Below, piece after piece: positions 1-13,518 of a stretch of DNA of 64,000 bases. The notes beneath the pieces are model-generated. The model saw only the letters and a program-made list of their open reading frames with translations. It was not told the DNA's origin and made no database searches. Origin of the DNA: a candidate division WOR-3 bacterium (GTDB lineage Bacteria > Hydrothermota > Hydrothermia > JBDRYB01); assembly GCA_039803205.1 (NCBI GenBank), contig JBDRYB010000001.1:267413-331412 (forward strand). The letters run 5' to 3'. The first letter of the stretch is position 1, and every line of letters starts with the position of its first letter. The position numbers and the translations under genes are program-made.

Positions 1-4614
<4,614 letters not shown>

Positions 4615-4684
4615 GCTATCACCACCTAAGCTTGTTCCGGGCAGGGCCCTATGAGCCCGCCTCAGGAAGCGTGAACCCTTGAGA

Positions 4685-5086
4685 TCACTTGATCTCCACG
4701 GTGGCTCCGGCTGCCGTGAGCTGCTCCTTTATCTTTTCGGCTTCGTCCTTGGAAACTCCCTCCTTCAGCGGCTTTGGCAGGGTATCAATCAGCTCCTTGG
4801 CCTCCTTAAGTCCAAGGCCAGTTATGGACCTGACCTCCTTCAGGACTGGGATCCTGTTGTCGCCTACGCTCACGAGAATGACATCAAAGGTGTCCTTTTC
4901 CTCTGTCTCGGGCTGTGCCGCCGCAACTCCGGCTACTACCCCAGGGGCCGCGGCTACCGCGACGGGCGCGGCCGCTGTTACGCCGAACTTCTCCTCCATA
5001 GCCTTCACCAGCTCGGCGAGCTCCAAGACCGTGAGGTTACCAACAGCATCCAGTATCTCTTCAACGCCAAGTTTCTTATCAGGCAT
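4685..5086 (-). CDS. rplL: 50S ribosomal protein L7/L12
   Basis: [23 protein letters not shown], Ala-rich hinge, [10 protein letters not shown]; operon position. Confidence 0.98.
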   Translation of the reverse strand: MPDKKLGVEEILDAVGNLTVLELAELVKAMEEKFGVTAAAPVAVAAAPGVVAGVAAAQPETEEKDTFDVILVSVGDNRIPVLKEVRSITGLGLKEAKELIDTLPKPLKEGVSKDEAEKIKEQLTAAGATVEIK

Positions 5087-5672
5087 CTAAGGCCTCCTTT
5101 TTCTCTCCTTTCTCCTTTAGCTCCCTGATAGCGTTCAGGGCATAAACGAGCTTCAAAAGAAGCGCTTTCATCACATATACAGGCCCAGCGAGCTGGGCTT
5201 GAAGTATCCCCACAACCCTCGCCCTCAACTCCTGGGGGGACGGGAGCCTGGAAATTGCCTCTATTTCATCCTTGCCGATAACCCGTCCAGCGAGAAAGCC
5301 AAGCTTGAGAACGCCAACGCCATGCTCTTTCGCGAAATCATAGAATATGCGGACCGGAGCGATCTCATCTCCCTTTGCGTATATCACAGCGTTCTGACCA
5401 TCAATCCCGGACGCCATCTCATCCATGTTCATCTGAGCCAATGCCCTCCTCAGGAGGTTGTTCTTGACCACCCGGACGCCGGAGTTGACATCCCTCAATT
5501 GCCTCCTCAGGCGGGTAAAACTCCCAACATCTATTCCCCTGAAATCAGCGAGATAGAAAGCGGAGGCGGTCTCGAGGGACTCTCGCAATTCCTCAACTGC
5601 CTTGACCTTCTCCGGCCTTGGTTCACGGACCAAAGGCTCTCTCGCGGCACGCTTTAGCTTGCTCTTTGTCAT
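5079..5672 (-). CDS. rplJ: 50S ribosomal protein L10
   Basis: DFRGIDV...LRRQLR...VVKNNL, LPSPQEL; lies between rplA and rplL. Confidence 0.95.
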   Translation of the reverse strand: MTKSKLKRAAREPLVREPRPEKVKAVEELRESLETASAFYLADFRGIDVGSFTRLRRQLRDVNSGVRVVKNNLLRRALAQMNMDEMASGIDGQNAVIYAKGDEIAPVRIFYDFAKEHGVGVLKLGFLAGRVIGKDEIEAISRLPSPQELRARVVGILQAQLAGPVYVMKALLLKLVYALNAIRELKEKGEKKEALDA

Positions 5673-6397
5673 ATTCTTACCCCCCTTTCTCTGAGGGCTG
5701 AGGCCAGCTCCGATACGGATACCTTCACAGACGGGCCCATAGCGGGCGAAAGGTGAGCTGAGCGTATGTATGTCCCCTTGACAGTATGGGGCCTTGCCTT
5801 CACGAGCTCCTCCGCGAGGGCAAGAAGATTCTCAAAGAGTTTCTCTGGGCCGAACGCGGTCTTGCCTATGGGCACATGTATGTTAGCGCCCTTGTCAGTC
5901 TTGAACTCCACCCTGCCGGCCTTGAGCTCACGGACCGTTATTCCCACCTCCTTGGTCACCGTTCCGGCCTTAGGGCTGGGCATGAGCCCCCTGGAGCCGA
6001 GGATCTTTCCGAGCTTGCCAACCTCAGGCATGGCCTCCGGGCTAGCGACTATAACATCAAAATCAAGCCATCCAGCCTTTATCTTCTCTATGAACTCCGC
6101 GAAACCGACCATGTCAGCGCCGGCCTCTTTTGCCTCTGCCTCAAGCGAAGGCTCCTTTGTGAGAACGAGAACCCTAACCTGCTTTCCGGTTCCGTTCGGC
6201 AGGACAACCGTCCCCCTAACTGACTGATCGGTTTTCTTTGGGTCTATTCCCAAACGAAACGATGCCAGAACAGTCTCCGGGAACCTCGCTGAGGCGAGAT
6301 GCTCTGAGACTATCCGACACGCCTCGGCTGGCGAGTATTCGGCCTTGGGATCGTATTTCTCAAGGAGAGAGCGGTATCTCTTGCCACGCTTTGCCAT
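5669..6397 (-). CDS. rplA: 50S ribosomal protein L1
   Basis: LGIDPKKTDQSVRGTVVLPNGTGK, LGSRGLMPSPKAGTVT, MGPSVKV. Confidence 0.98.
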   Translation of the reverse strand: MAKRGKRYRSLLEKYDPKAEYSPAEACRIVSEHLASARFPETVLASFRLGIDPKKTDQSVRGTVVLPNGTGKQVRVLVLTKEPSLEAEAKEAGADMVGFAEFIEKIKAGWLDFDVIVASPEAMPEVGKLGKILGSRGLMPSPKAGTVTKEVGITVRELKAGRVEFKTDKGANIHVPIGKTAFGPEKLFENLLALAEELVKARPHTVKGTYIRSAHLSPAMGPSVKVSVSELASALRERGVRI

Positions 6398-6398
6398 G

Positions 6399-6842
6399 TC
6401 AGTCCTCCACGACCCTTATTCCCATTGAACGGGCAGTCCCTTCTATTATCCTCACCGCGGCCTCAAGGTCATTGGCGTTCAGGTCATTCATCTTCTCTTT
6501 TGCTATCTCAACGACCTTTGAGCGGGTTACCTGGGCAACGATGTTCTTGCCGGGCTCTCCAGAACCCTTCTCAATCTTGGCCGCTTTCGCCAAGAGCACT
6601 GAAGCGGGCGGGGTCTTCAAAGTGAAGCTGAAGCTCCTGTCCTTGTATATCTCAACGACAACAGGGATTATTAGGCCGGGCTCCTTGCCCCTCGTGGCCT
6701 CGTTGAATGCCTTTATGAAACCGCCTATATCAGCGCCATGCTGACCAAGAGCTGGCCCGACAGGGGGCGCTGGGGTAGCCTGGCCAGCAGGGAGCTGAAG
6801 CTTTACTACTGCTATCAACTCCTTTTTCTTCTTCGGTGGCAT
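6399..6842 (-). CDS. rplK: 50S ribosomal protein L11
   Basis: [33 protein letters not shown]. Confidence 0.99.
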   Translation of the reverse strand: MPPKKKKELIAVVKLQLPAGQATPAPPVGPALGQHGADIGGFIKAFNEATRGKEPGLIIPVVVEIYKDRSFSFTLKTPPASVLLAKAAKIEKGSGEPGKNIVAQVTRSKVVEIAKEKMNDLNANDLEAAVRIIEGTARSMGIRVVED

Positions 6843-6854
6843 ATCTAAACCTCT

Positions 6855-7433
6855 CTATCTTCCTCCCGCCCTCTCCACCTGGATGAAGTCAAGGACAACC
6901 GATGTTACGCGGCCGAAGAAGGTTATCTCCACCTTCATCTTCCCCCTCTCGGGGAATATCTCCTTTATCTCGCCCTCCATGCCCGCGAATGGGCCCTCAA
7001 CAACCTTAATCATCTCTCCTGCCAGGAACGGGACCTCCTGCTCCTTCTTCTCCCTCTCCCTTTCCTGGGTCTCAAGTATCTCAGAGACCTCTTGGTCAGT
7101 GAGGGTGAGGAATGTGTATTTTATCTCCTTTCTGTCCTTCTCCTTGGCCAGTATTGGCCTCGCGAGCCCCGTTGAGGAAAGGAGTTCCAGGATCTCTCCC
7201 ACGGCCGGGTCCTCATCTGATTCCTGCTCTATTTCAACCAGAACATAACCCTTGAAAAGGGGCTTCTCCTCAAGCAGTCTCTTGCCCTTTTTGACCCGAG
7301 GTATGGTCTGGGTGGGGACCAGAACCCTGACTATCTTGTGCTCAAGAGCGTTTTCAACTCTCAGCCGCTCAAACAGCTCCTTCACCGTGCTCTCACGGCC
7401 AGCCTGGGTTCTAAAAGCATACCACTTGCGCAT
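6855..7433 (-). CDS. nusG: Transcription termination/antitermination factor NusG
   Basis: KWYAFRTQAGRE, LFKGYVLVE, KOW motif VEGPFAGMEG, FFGRVT; lies between secE and rplK. Confidence 0.95.
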   Translation of the reverse strand: MRKWYAFRTQAGRESTVKELFERLRVENALEHKIVRVLVPTQTIPRVKKGKRLLEEKPLFKGYVLVEIEQESDEDPAVGEILELLSSTGLARPILAKEKDRKEIKYTFLTLTDQEVSEILETQEREREKKEQEVPFLAGEMIKVVEGPFAGMEGEIKEIFPERGKMKVEITFFGRVTSVVLDFIQVERAGGR

Positions 7434-7436
7434 TTC

Positions 7437-7634
7437 TCACCTCAGAACAAAGGCAAGGAGCCGGGAGAATATGAGGTCAAGAACCCATATGTAAAGGGTC
7501 ACGAAACCTGAAACCAGGAACACGGCCGCGGTCCCGCCCAGGATGGAGTGCCTCGTGGGCCAGGTTATCCTCCTCATCTCCGCGGCAACATCCCGCAGAA
7601 ACTCAATTCCCCTTGCGGGGTTTAACTGGCTCAT
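7437..7634 (-). CDS. secE: Preprotein translocase subunit SecE (65 aa)
   Basis: FLRDVAAEMRRITWPT plus one TM helix. Start re-assigned to ATG 7634 because the ORF-track extension overlaps rpmG. Confidence 0.93.
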   Translation of the reverse strand: MSQLNPARGIEFLRDVAAEMRRITWPTRHSILGGTAAVFLVSGFVTLYIWVLDLIFSRLLAFVLR

Positions 7635-7636
7635 CT

Positions 7637-7786
7637 TCAAAGCTTTGCCTCCTTGTGTAGGGTGTGGCGCTTGTCCCACTTGCAGTATTTCCTGATCTCT
7701 ATTTTCTGCTTCTTGTCCCTGTGCCGCGTCGCGATATAGTTCCTGCGCTTGCACTCCTGACAAACCAGCACAACCTTAACTCTCAT
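7637..7786 (-). CDS. rpmG: 50S ribosomal protein L33 (49 aa, absent from the ORF track)
   Basis: Manual translation: MRVKVVLVCQECKRRNYIATRHRDKKQKIEIRKYCKWDKRHTLHKEAKL. Confidence 0.96.
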   Translation of the reverse strand: MRVKVVLVCQECKRRNYIATRHRDKKQKIEIRKYCKWDKRHTLHKEAKL

Positions 7787-7804
7787 GCCTTCTCCATATC
7801 AAAA

Positions 7805-7878
7805 CAGGGCTGGAGGGAGTTGAACCCCCAACCGCCGGATTTGGAATCCGGTGCTCTGGCCAGTTGAGCTACAGCCCT
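7805..7878 (-). tRNA. tRNA-Trp (CCA)
   Basis: AGGGCTGTAGCTCAACTGGCCAGAGCACCGGATTCCAAATCCGGCGGTTGGGGGTTCAACTCCCTCCAGCCCTG folds as a cloverleaf with anticodon CCA; 3' CCA not encoded. Confidence 0.96.
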
Positions 7879-7905
7879 TTGGCTCATATCAAACCTCTCC
7901 TCAAG

Positions 7906-7979
7906 CACCCCCGACAGGATTCGAACCTGTGTCCTACGGTTTAGGAAACCGTCGCTCTATCCTTCTGAGCTACGGGGGC
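7906..7979 (-). tRNA. tRNA-Arg (CCT)
   Basis: GCCCCCGTAGCTCAGAAGGATAGAGCGACGGTTTCCTAAACCGTAGGACACAGGTTCGAATCCTGTCGGGGGTG; anticodon CCT; 3' CCA not encoded. Confidence 0.96.
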
Positions 7980-8254
7980 TATCCATATCTTATCTCAAAG
8001 TCCAGGAACTCGCTCCCCTGGTCCGGGAGTTCCCGAACATCCATCCTATCAACCCGTGCCGCGGGTGGGCCTTCCTTGGCCCACTCCAGGAACTTCTGCA
8101 AAGCCTCATCCGGACCCTGGACTACCGCGTGGACCCGGCCATCGGGGAGGTTCCTCACAAAGCCATAAAGCCCCAAGCTCCTCGCTACCCTCTGCGCGTG
8201 GTATCTGAAGTTGACGCCCTGCACCAAACCTTCAAAATAGATCTCCACCTTCAT
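7979..8254 (-). CDS. acyP: Acylphosphatase
   Basis: GLVQGVNFR, GFVRNLPDGRV, GPPAARV. Confidence 0.95.
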   Translation of the reverse strand: MKVEIYFEGLVQGVNFRYHAQRVARSLGLYGFVRNLPDGRVHAVVQGPDEALQKFLEWAKEGPPAARVDRMDVRELPDQGSEFLDFEIRYG

Positions 8255-8274
8255 GACCCGGCCGCGAGGTTCAT

Positions 8275-8328
8275 ATTATAAAGCAAAAGGGCCTGGAGTT
8301 GCAAGCGCGCGGGCCAGGGCGCGATAAT
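8275..8328. promoter_or_regulatory. Divergent sigma70-type promoter pair sharing a palindromic -35 (TTGCAA, 8299-8304)
   Basis: Minus strand: TTGCAA-N18-TATAAT (8280-8275). Plus strand: TTGCAA-N18-GATAAT (8323-8328), 6 nt before GTG 8335. Confidence 0.6.
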
Positions 8329-8334
8329 TACTCA

Positions 8335-9888
8335 GTGATACCAAGGGGCTCAGAAAGGCAATACCTGCTCCTCACCGCCTCCACAATTCTGGTATGGTTC
8401 ACTGTCTCACTCGTTTCCCTCCTTCACTTCCCTCCGTGGGATGCCACGGGCGACGAATCCCTGTTTTCGGCTCTCGCTCTCTCAATCTTCCGAGGAAGAA
8501 TGGGCGTTGACTATGCTTTTGGTTCCTATCTCTCAAAAACTGGCTTTGGTATGCTCTCTCCATGGCTCTGGGGCGTGATAATGGGGATCCCGCTGAGGCT
8601 CTTCGGAGAGACTCTCTGGGCCGCGAGGTTCATTTCTACGCTCCTGGCTACGGGGGCCATGGTATTGGTCTTTCTGACAGCAAAAGAGATAGCTGGTCCT
8701 AAAGCCGGTTTTCTGGCGACCATACTGACCGGGCTCGCCCACACATTCTGCAGGTGGGGAGCCCACTCAGCGAGGGCGGAAGGAGCGATCGCCCTCTTCC
8801 TGATGCTCTCGCTCTGGCTCGTTGTTCTCAGCATGATGAGAAAAAAGGCCTGGCTCTCCGCGATAGGGGGGTTCACAGCCACAATTTCCTTACTCGTAAG
8901 GCCTACAGCGCTTTTCATTCTTCCAACGCTGCTCATATTTCTCTTGGTTCAAAAGAGATTCAAGGAATCCGGATTCCTGATCATAGGCGCAATTCTCGCT
9001 GGAATAATAATGCTGTTCACGAACATCCTCCCATACCACGATATGCCCACAGCCGAGGACATAGACAGGATCAATAAGGAGAGGTTTTTCCCGCTGGGAG
9101 TAATAAAAAACCCAAGGAGACTCACGGAGCTCCCCTCTAGATTATGGCAATGCTGTATCTTTCTAACCGGGTATCCTGATAAGGATACCTCTCCCGGACT
9201 ATTGGGCATCCTGAGCCTCTCAGGGGCATTCTTCAAGGAAAGGAGAGCAGGACTCTGGCTCACAGTCTCCCTGGCCCTTTCCCTCGCTGTTTTCATTCCC
9301 TATCTTGCGTTTTTCTACCTATGCTTCGTCGTGCCTCCTCTGGCTGTATTCGCGGCTGGAACCCTTTCAGGTCTGAAAAACAGGCACATAAAATGGCTCC
9401 TGGGGATCATAATCCCGATTCTGCTCATACCATGGGCTAAGTGGCCCAGGGATTTTCTGTGGAACAGGGAAAAGGCAAGGGCATGGCAAGAGGTTGAGAG
9501 GGCAATTCCCCCAGGTGCACGAGTGGTTACAGGGGTCTGGGGATTGTGGTGGCCCCTGCATAAAAAGGCTGTTTTCATCTGGCCCTACGATACCCTCTAC
9601 GCTGAGGGGAGAAAGTCTCCACAGGATCTCGTAAGGGAGACCCACGGAACGCACCTGATCGTGCCAATAGCAGAAAGGCCAGCCCTGCCCCCTCGGGGTT
9701 TTCGCAAAAACGATGACCCTATCCTGAGACTATGGAATATGTATTACGATTACCCTGAGTACGTGAAGGCTCTGTCTGCAGCCGCGGTCGTCAGGGAAGG
9801 ATTCATCCTCGCCAGGATAGTAAGCGGACCGTGGAGGGTTGATTCCCTTTTGATCCTGGAGATCCCAGAAGAAGACCGAGGGCGATGA
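8335..9888 (+). CDS. GT-C membrane glycosyltransferase (ArnT/PMT_2, family 39-like)
   Basis: Multi-TM protein with DE motif after the first helix (TGDESLF) and 'LFGETLWAARF'. Start moved to GTG 8335, downstream of the -10 box. Directly upstream of lpxK. Confidence 0.75.
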   Translation: MIPRGSERQYLLLTASTILVWFTVSLVSLLHFPPWDATGDESLFSALALSIFRGRMGVDYAFGSYLSKTGFGMLSPWLWGVIMGIPLRLFGETLWAARFISTLLATGAMVLVFLTAKEIAGPKAGFLATILTGLAHTFCRWGAHSARAEGAIALFLMLSLWLVVLSMMRKKAWLSAIGGFTATISLLVRPTALFILPTLLIFLLVQKRFKESGFLIIGAILAGIIMLFTNILPYHDMPTAEDIDRINKERFFPLGVIKNPRRLTELPSRLWQCCIFLTGYPDKDTSPGLLGILSLSGAFFKERRAGLWLTVSLALSLAVFIPYLAFFYLCFVVPPLAVFAAGTLSGLKNRHIKWLLGIIIPILLIPWAKWPRDFLWNREKARAWQEVERAIPPGARVVTGVWGLWWPLHKKAVFIWPYDTLYAEGRKSPQDLVRETHGTHLIVPIAERPALPPRGFRKNDDPILRLWNMYYDYPEYVKALSAAAVVREGFILARIVSGPWRVDSLLILEIPEEDRGR

Positions 9889-10775
9889 TCTGGACCCCTG
9901 GGAGGCTCATTTATTATTTGATATTTGAAACAATAAGAAGAACAGCGAAGCCAGTAAAACTCCCCGTGCCGGTTATATCCGTAGGAAACCTGAGCCTCGG
10001 GGGAACGGGAAAAACTCCCCTCGTAATGCACCTAGCGAGGAGCATTCCAGGAGCCGCTGTCCTCTCAAGGGGATACGGGAGCAAAGGCAAGGGCACGAGG
10101 GAAGTTTTCCCGGATTCTGATCCCCGTGATGTTGGGGATGAGCCCCTGCTCATAAAGAGAAAGACGGACTGCCCTGTTTTCGTCGGCAAGGACAGGGCCG
10201 AATCCGGACGGGTGGCCTCCGGGCGCGGGGCCAAGGCTCTCATACTTGATGATGGGTTCCAATACTGGGGAATCTTGAAAGATGCCGAGATAGTGATCCT
10301 ATCAGCGAGAGATCTCTCAGCCGGGGTTCACCTCCTGCCGTGGGGGAAATGGAGAGAACCCTTATCAGCACTGAAAAGGGCAAGTATCGTCATCCTGAAT
10401 TACAAGCTGGAGCCCATACCGGATGATCTGCCTGAGCTTGGGATGAAAACAGCGGCCATGCGCTACAGGCCAGCGATTGACTTAACGGGGAAGAGGGTCT
10501 TTGGCTTCTGTGGGCTCGGGGATAACGGATCTTTCAGGCAAACCCTCTCAGCCGCTGGCGCAGAAGTGGCGGGTTTCATTGGGTTTCCTGACCACCACTT
10601 CTACACCCGAAAAGAAGCCGAGCGCATTCTCAGGCTAGCCCGGGAACGGGATGCTATACCCGCCACATCCTCAAAGGACATGGTCAGGGTTCCTCCGGAG
10701 TTTGCCGGGGAAATGCTTGAGGTAGAAATAAAAGTTGAACTTCAGCCCCCATCCAGTTTATCATTTTCCCTATGA
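9885..10775 (+). CDS. lpxK: Tetraacyldisaccharide 4'-kinase
   Basis: VISVGNLSLGGTGKTP, LSRGYG, GDEP, ILDDGFQ, FPDHH. Confidence 0.96.
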   Translation: MIWTPGRLIYYLIFETIRRTAKPVKLPVPVISVGNLSLGGTGKTPLVMHLARSIPGAAVLSRGYGSKGKGTREVFPDSDPRDVGDEPLLIKRKTDCPVFVGKDRAESGRVASGRGAKALILDDGFQYWGILKDAEIVILSARDLSAGVHLLPWGKWREPLSALKRASIVILNYKLEPIPDDLPELGMKTAAMRYRPAIDLTGKRVFGFCGLGDNGSFRQTLSAAGAEVAGFIGFPDHHFYTRKEAERILRLARERDAIPATSSKDMVRVPPEFAGEMLEVEIKVELQPPSSLSFSL

Positions 10776-12328
10776 TTGGGTTGATATTTTTTATGCTCTC
10801 GCAGACCGACACCAGGGACATATACAACAAGGCCATGGACCTATACAACCAAGGGGACTACGAGGCCGCGATCCGAGAGCTCAAGAGGGCCATAGCTGAG
10901 TCCCCGGATTCTTCTTATCTTCACGAGGCCTTGGGCGATATTTACTATGATATGGAGGACTATGAGGAATCCCTATCGGAATACCTGAGGGCACTTGAGC
11001 TTGATCCGGAGAACTCTGACGCGGCCTTCGGTGCGGCCTACATTTACCAGCAGTGGGAGATGTATGACTCAGCCAGGTATTATTACAGGCTCTCCATTAG
11101 GATAGAACCATCTGACCCAGGCGCCCATCTGAACCTGGGAAATGTGCTGTGGGACATGGGGGATATGAGGGGCGCTGAGGCAGAATACCGGGAGGCGCTG
11201 AGGCTTGAACCAACATACCAGAAGGCCCATTACAATCTCGCCCTTCTATACGAAAACCTCAGAAGGTATAGCCTCGCTGAAATCCATTACCTCGCCGCTA
11301 TTGATTCTGATCCAGAGGATTACGATAGCAGGTGGAACCTGACTGTTCTCTACGAGAAACAGGAGAGGTATCTGGAGGCCGAGGAACAGCTGGAAACCCT
11401 CCTGGAATATTATCCGGATAACCTGAACGTTCTCTACAAGCTCGGAACCGTCAAGGAGAAACTGGGCAATAAAGAGGGAGCAAAAGAGATTTACATGAAG
11501 ATAATATCAGATGATCCCTCGTATGGTGAAGCATATTACAGGATGGCGGTTCTGCTCGGCGCGGCAGGGGAATCCGACGAGTGGTCAGGGGAGGAGCTGG
11601 GGGTCTTCCAGGGTAGCAAAGAGCTCCCTCCATTCTGGGGCATAGGCGGCACATACGATTCGCGCTATTACCAGAGGTATGATTACAAGGATACCATAAT
11701 AAAAACCGACATCCCAGCCGCGCAGGCCTACGCTTGGTGGGGAAAATACATAGGCACGAACATGGCCACCTACATAGATGTGGGGGCAAACTACCCGACG
11801 AAGTTCCGCGGGGCTGAGGGTTATGGGGACCTGGACAACTACGAGCTCTCGTGGGAGCTGCTCAGATACTTTGAGGGTTGGACATTTGACTTCGGCCTCC
11901 GGAGCAGGTATTACCCGAAGCTCCTCTCAAACCTCTGGGAGAAATCCCTATACACGAGGCTCGTTGGTGGTGCCTATATATTCTTCCCGTGGGTTGAGCT
12001 GGACATATTCTCTGTTTGGAACCCTCAACGGCGCTACCTGCGCGAGGCCTTCTGGTGGGAAACGAGCCTCTCGGAGGACATGAAGCACGGGGAATTCAAG
12101 AGCGACCTCTCCTTCTGGCAAAGGTGGGACACCGAGAACGACCACAACGGCAAGGCAACATTTGAACTGGACGGAATGTCGGTCTCATACAAGTTCAGCT
12201 ACAATAAATGGGGGTTCTCAGCGGGCATAGGCGTTGGGTATTATTGGTATCGTCCGCTTTCAAAGCCCGTCCACAGCGACCCCTCGCCAGGGCCGTTTTA
12301 CTTCTTCACCGCGAGCTACTCCAAATAA
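10772..12328 (+). CDS. TPR-repeat protein with an aromatic-rich, beta-strand-like C-terminal domain
   Basis: About 7 TPR-like repeats (e.g. AHLNLGNVLWDMGDMRGAEAEYREALRLEP) followed by a region ending FYFFTASYSK. Confidence 0.75.
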   Translation: MIGLIFFMLSQTDTRDIYNKAMDLYNQGDYEAAIRELKRAIAESPDSSYLHEALGDIYYDMEDYEESLSEYLRALELDPENSDAAFGAAYIYQQWEMYDSARYYYRLSIRIEPSDPGAHLNLGNVLWDMGDMRGAEAEYREALRLEPTYQKAHYNLALLYENLRRYSLAEIHYLAAIDSDPEDYDSRWNLTVLYEKQERYLEAEEQLETLLEYYPDNLNVLYKLGTVKEKLGNKEGAKEIYMKIISDDPSYGEAYYRMAVLLGAAGESDEWSGEELGVFQGSKELPPFWGIGGTYDSRYYQRYDYKDTIIKTDIPAAQAYAWWGKYIGTNMATYIDVGANYPTKFRGAEGYGDLDNYELSWELLRYFEGWTFDFGLRSRYYPKLLSNLWEKSLYTRLVGGAYIFFPWVELDIFSVWNPQRRYLREAFWWETSLSEDMKHGEFKSDLSFWQRWDTENDHNGKATFELDGMSVSYKFSYNKWGFSAGIGVGYYWYRPLSKPVHSDPSPGPFYFFTASYSK

Positions 12329-12331
12329 GGT

Positions 12332-13084
12332 TTGAGGAGATACGAATACAGGGTTCCCGATTCCCATCTCAATCTTCACTACACCCTTTTTTCCGGCCAG
12401 TGTTTTGGCTGGGACGCGGATAAGGATGGTTTTCGGGGATTTTTCAGGTGGAAAGGGGCAACGCGCGGGGCAAGCCTCAGAAGAAAAGGGGAGATGATCC
12501 TCAGCGAGACCGACGCCCCGGAGGATTGGTTCTGGGAGTATTTCAACCTCAGCATAAACATAAACGATGTCTACGCCAGCTTCCCAAACGATCCGAAGCT
12601 AAATGAGGCAGTAAAGAGGTTCAGGGGCATGAGGGTTCTCAGACAAGACCCCTGGGAGGTCACGGTCTCGTTCGTGATATCCCAGAACAACAACATAAAG
12701 CGCATAAGGCTCATCCTGAGACGAATGATCAGCGAGTTCGGAAGGTTCCCGGAGCCTGAGGACCTCGCATCCGAGGATGCCCTTTTGAGGCTGGGGCTCG
12801 GATACAGGGCAAGGTATCTCGTGAGAATATCAGAGAAGGTCCTCAGAGGGGAGTTTAACCCTGAGACGCACCAGAGCAAGGCGAGTCTTCTCTGTCTTCC
12901 CGGGGTCGGCGAGAAGGTCGCCCGTTGCATTCTTCTTTACGGATATGGAGAAAACTCCGCCTTCCCGATTGACAGGTGGATAAAGAGGTTTGGGGGCCCT
13001 AAAATTGATTACGGGCCTTACGCTGGCTGGGCACAACTCTATCTCTATGTAATGGCAAGAGAGGGGGTCAGAGAGCCGGGTTAG
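12332..13084 (+). CDS. 8-oxoguanine DNA glycosylase (OGG1-like, HhH-GPD)
   Basis: TLFSGQCF, RVLRQDPWE...SQNNNIKRI, LGYRARY, LPGVGEKVA, FPIDRW, YAGWAQLYL. Confidence 0.88.
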   Translation: MRRYEYRVPDSHLNLHYTLFSGQCFGWDADKDGFRGFFRWKGATRGASLRRKGEMILSETDAPEDWFWEYFNLSININDVYASFPNDPKLNEAVKRFRGMRVLRQDPWEVTVSFVISQNNNIKRIRLILRRMISEFGRFPEPEDLASEDALLRLGLGYRARYLVRISEKVLRGEFNPETHQSKASLLCLPGVGEKVARCILLYGYGENSAFPIDRWIKRFGGPKIDYGPYAGWAQLYLYVMAREGVREPG

Positions 13085-13085
13085 C

Positions 13086-13418
13086 TTACCTGGATAACCT
13101 CACTCCCCACCATCCCCCCTCCCACTCAGGCTCCCCTTTCCTCCTGTAGGCCCCCGAAATGGACCTCCCGTCCTCTGAGAGAACGAAAAAACCATCTCCT
13201 TCCCCATCAGGGTCCTCCCAGGTGAAATACAGGGTGTCTCTTCTGATCCTGCCCTCAAGCGAACCCAGCTCTGAGCGATATGTTCCCCTAACCCGATCGC
13301 GCTCCTGAACCAAGTGCATGTAGCCAAAAGGGGTATCCCACATGCCTGAGAAATCCCGGTGTTTCTGGGGCGCTTCTTGACACGAAATAAGGAATGCCAA
13401 GAGGAAGATCTTCCGCAA
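13086..13418 (-). CDS. Hypothetical small beta-rich lipoprotein
   Basis: TTG start at 13418 gives MRKIFLLAFLISC, a lipobox-like N-terminus, followed by FSGMWDTPFGYMHL. TATAAT lies 7 nt upstream. Confidence 0.6.
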   Translation of the reverse strand: MRKIFLLAFLISCQEAPQKHRDFSGMWDTPFGYMHLVQERDRVRGTYRSELGSLEGRIRRDTLYFTWEDPDGEGDGFFVLSEDGRSISGAYRRKGEPEWEGGWWGVRLSR

Positions 13419-13518
13419 CCCTGATATTATAAGGCATTTCACGCGCGCGAGACCTCGTTCCGCGCCAGAGGGGAGCCTTGTGGCTAGCGCGCGAATTGAG
13501 TTATAATTTCTTAAGGAT

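Noticed and set aside
4615..4684. GC-rich hairpin between rplL and rpoB as a terminator or attenuator
   Set aside because: The stem is imperfect and has no U-tract, so evidence is insufficient.
7635..7763. ORF-track N-terminal extension of SecE (108 aa)
   Set aside because: The region encodes rpmG in another frame; SecE fits an ATG start at 7634.
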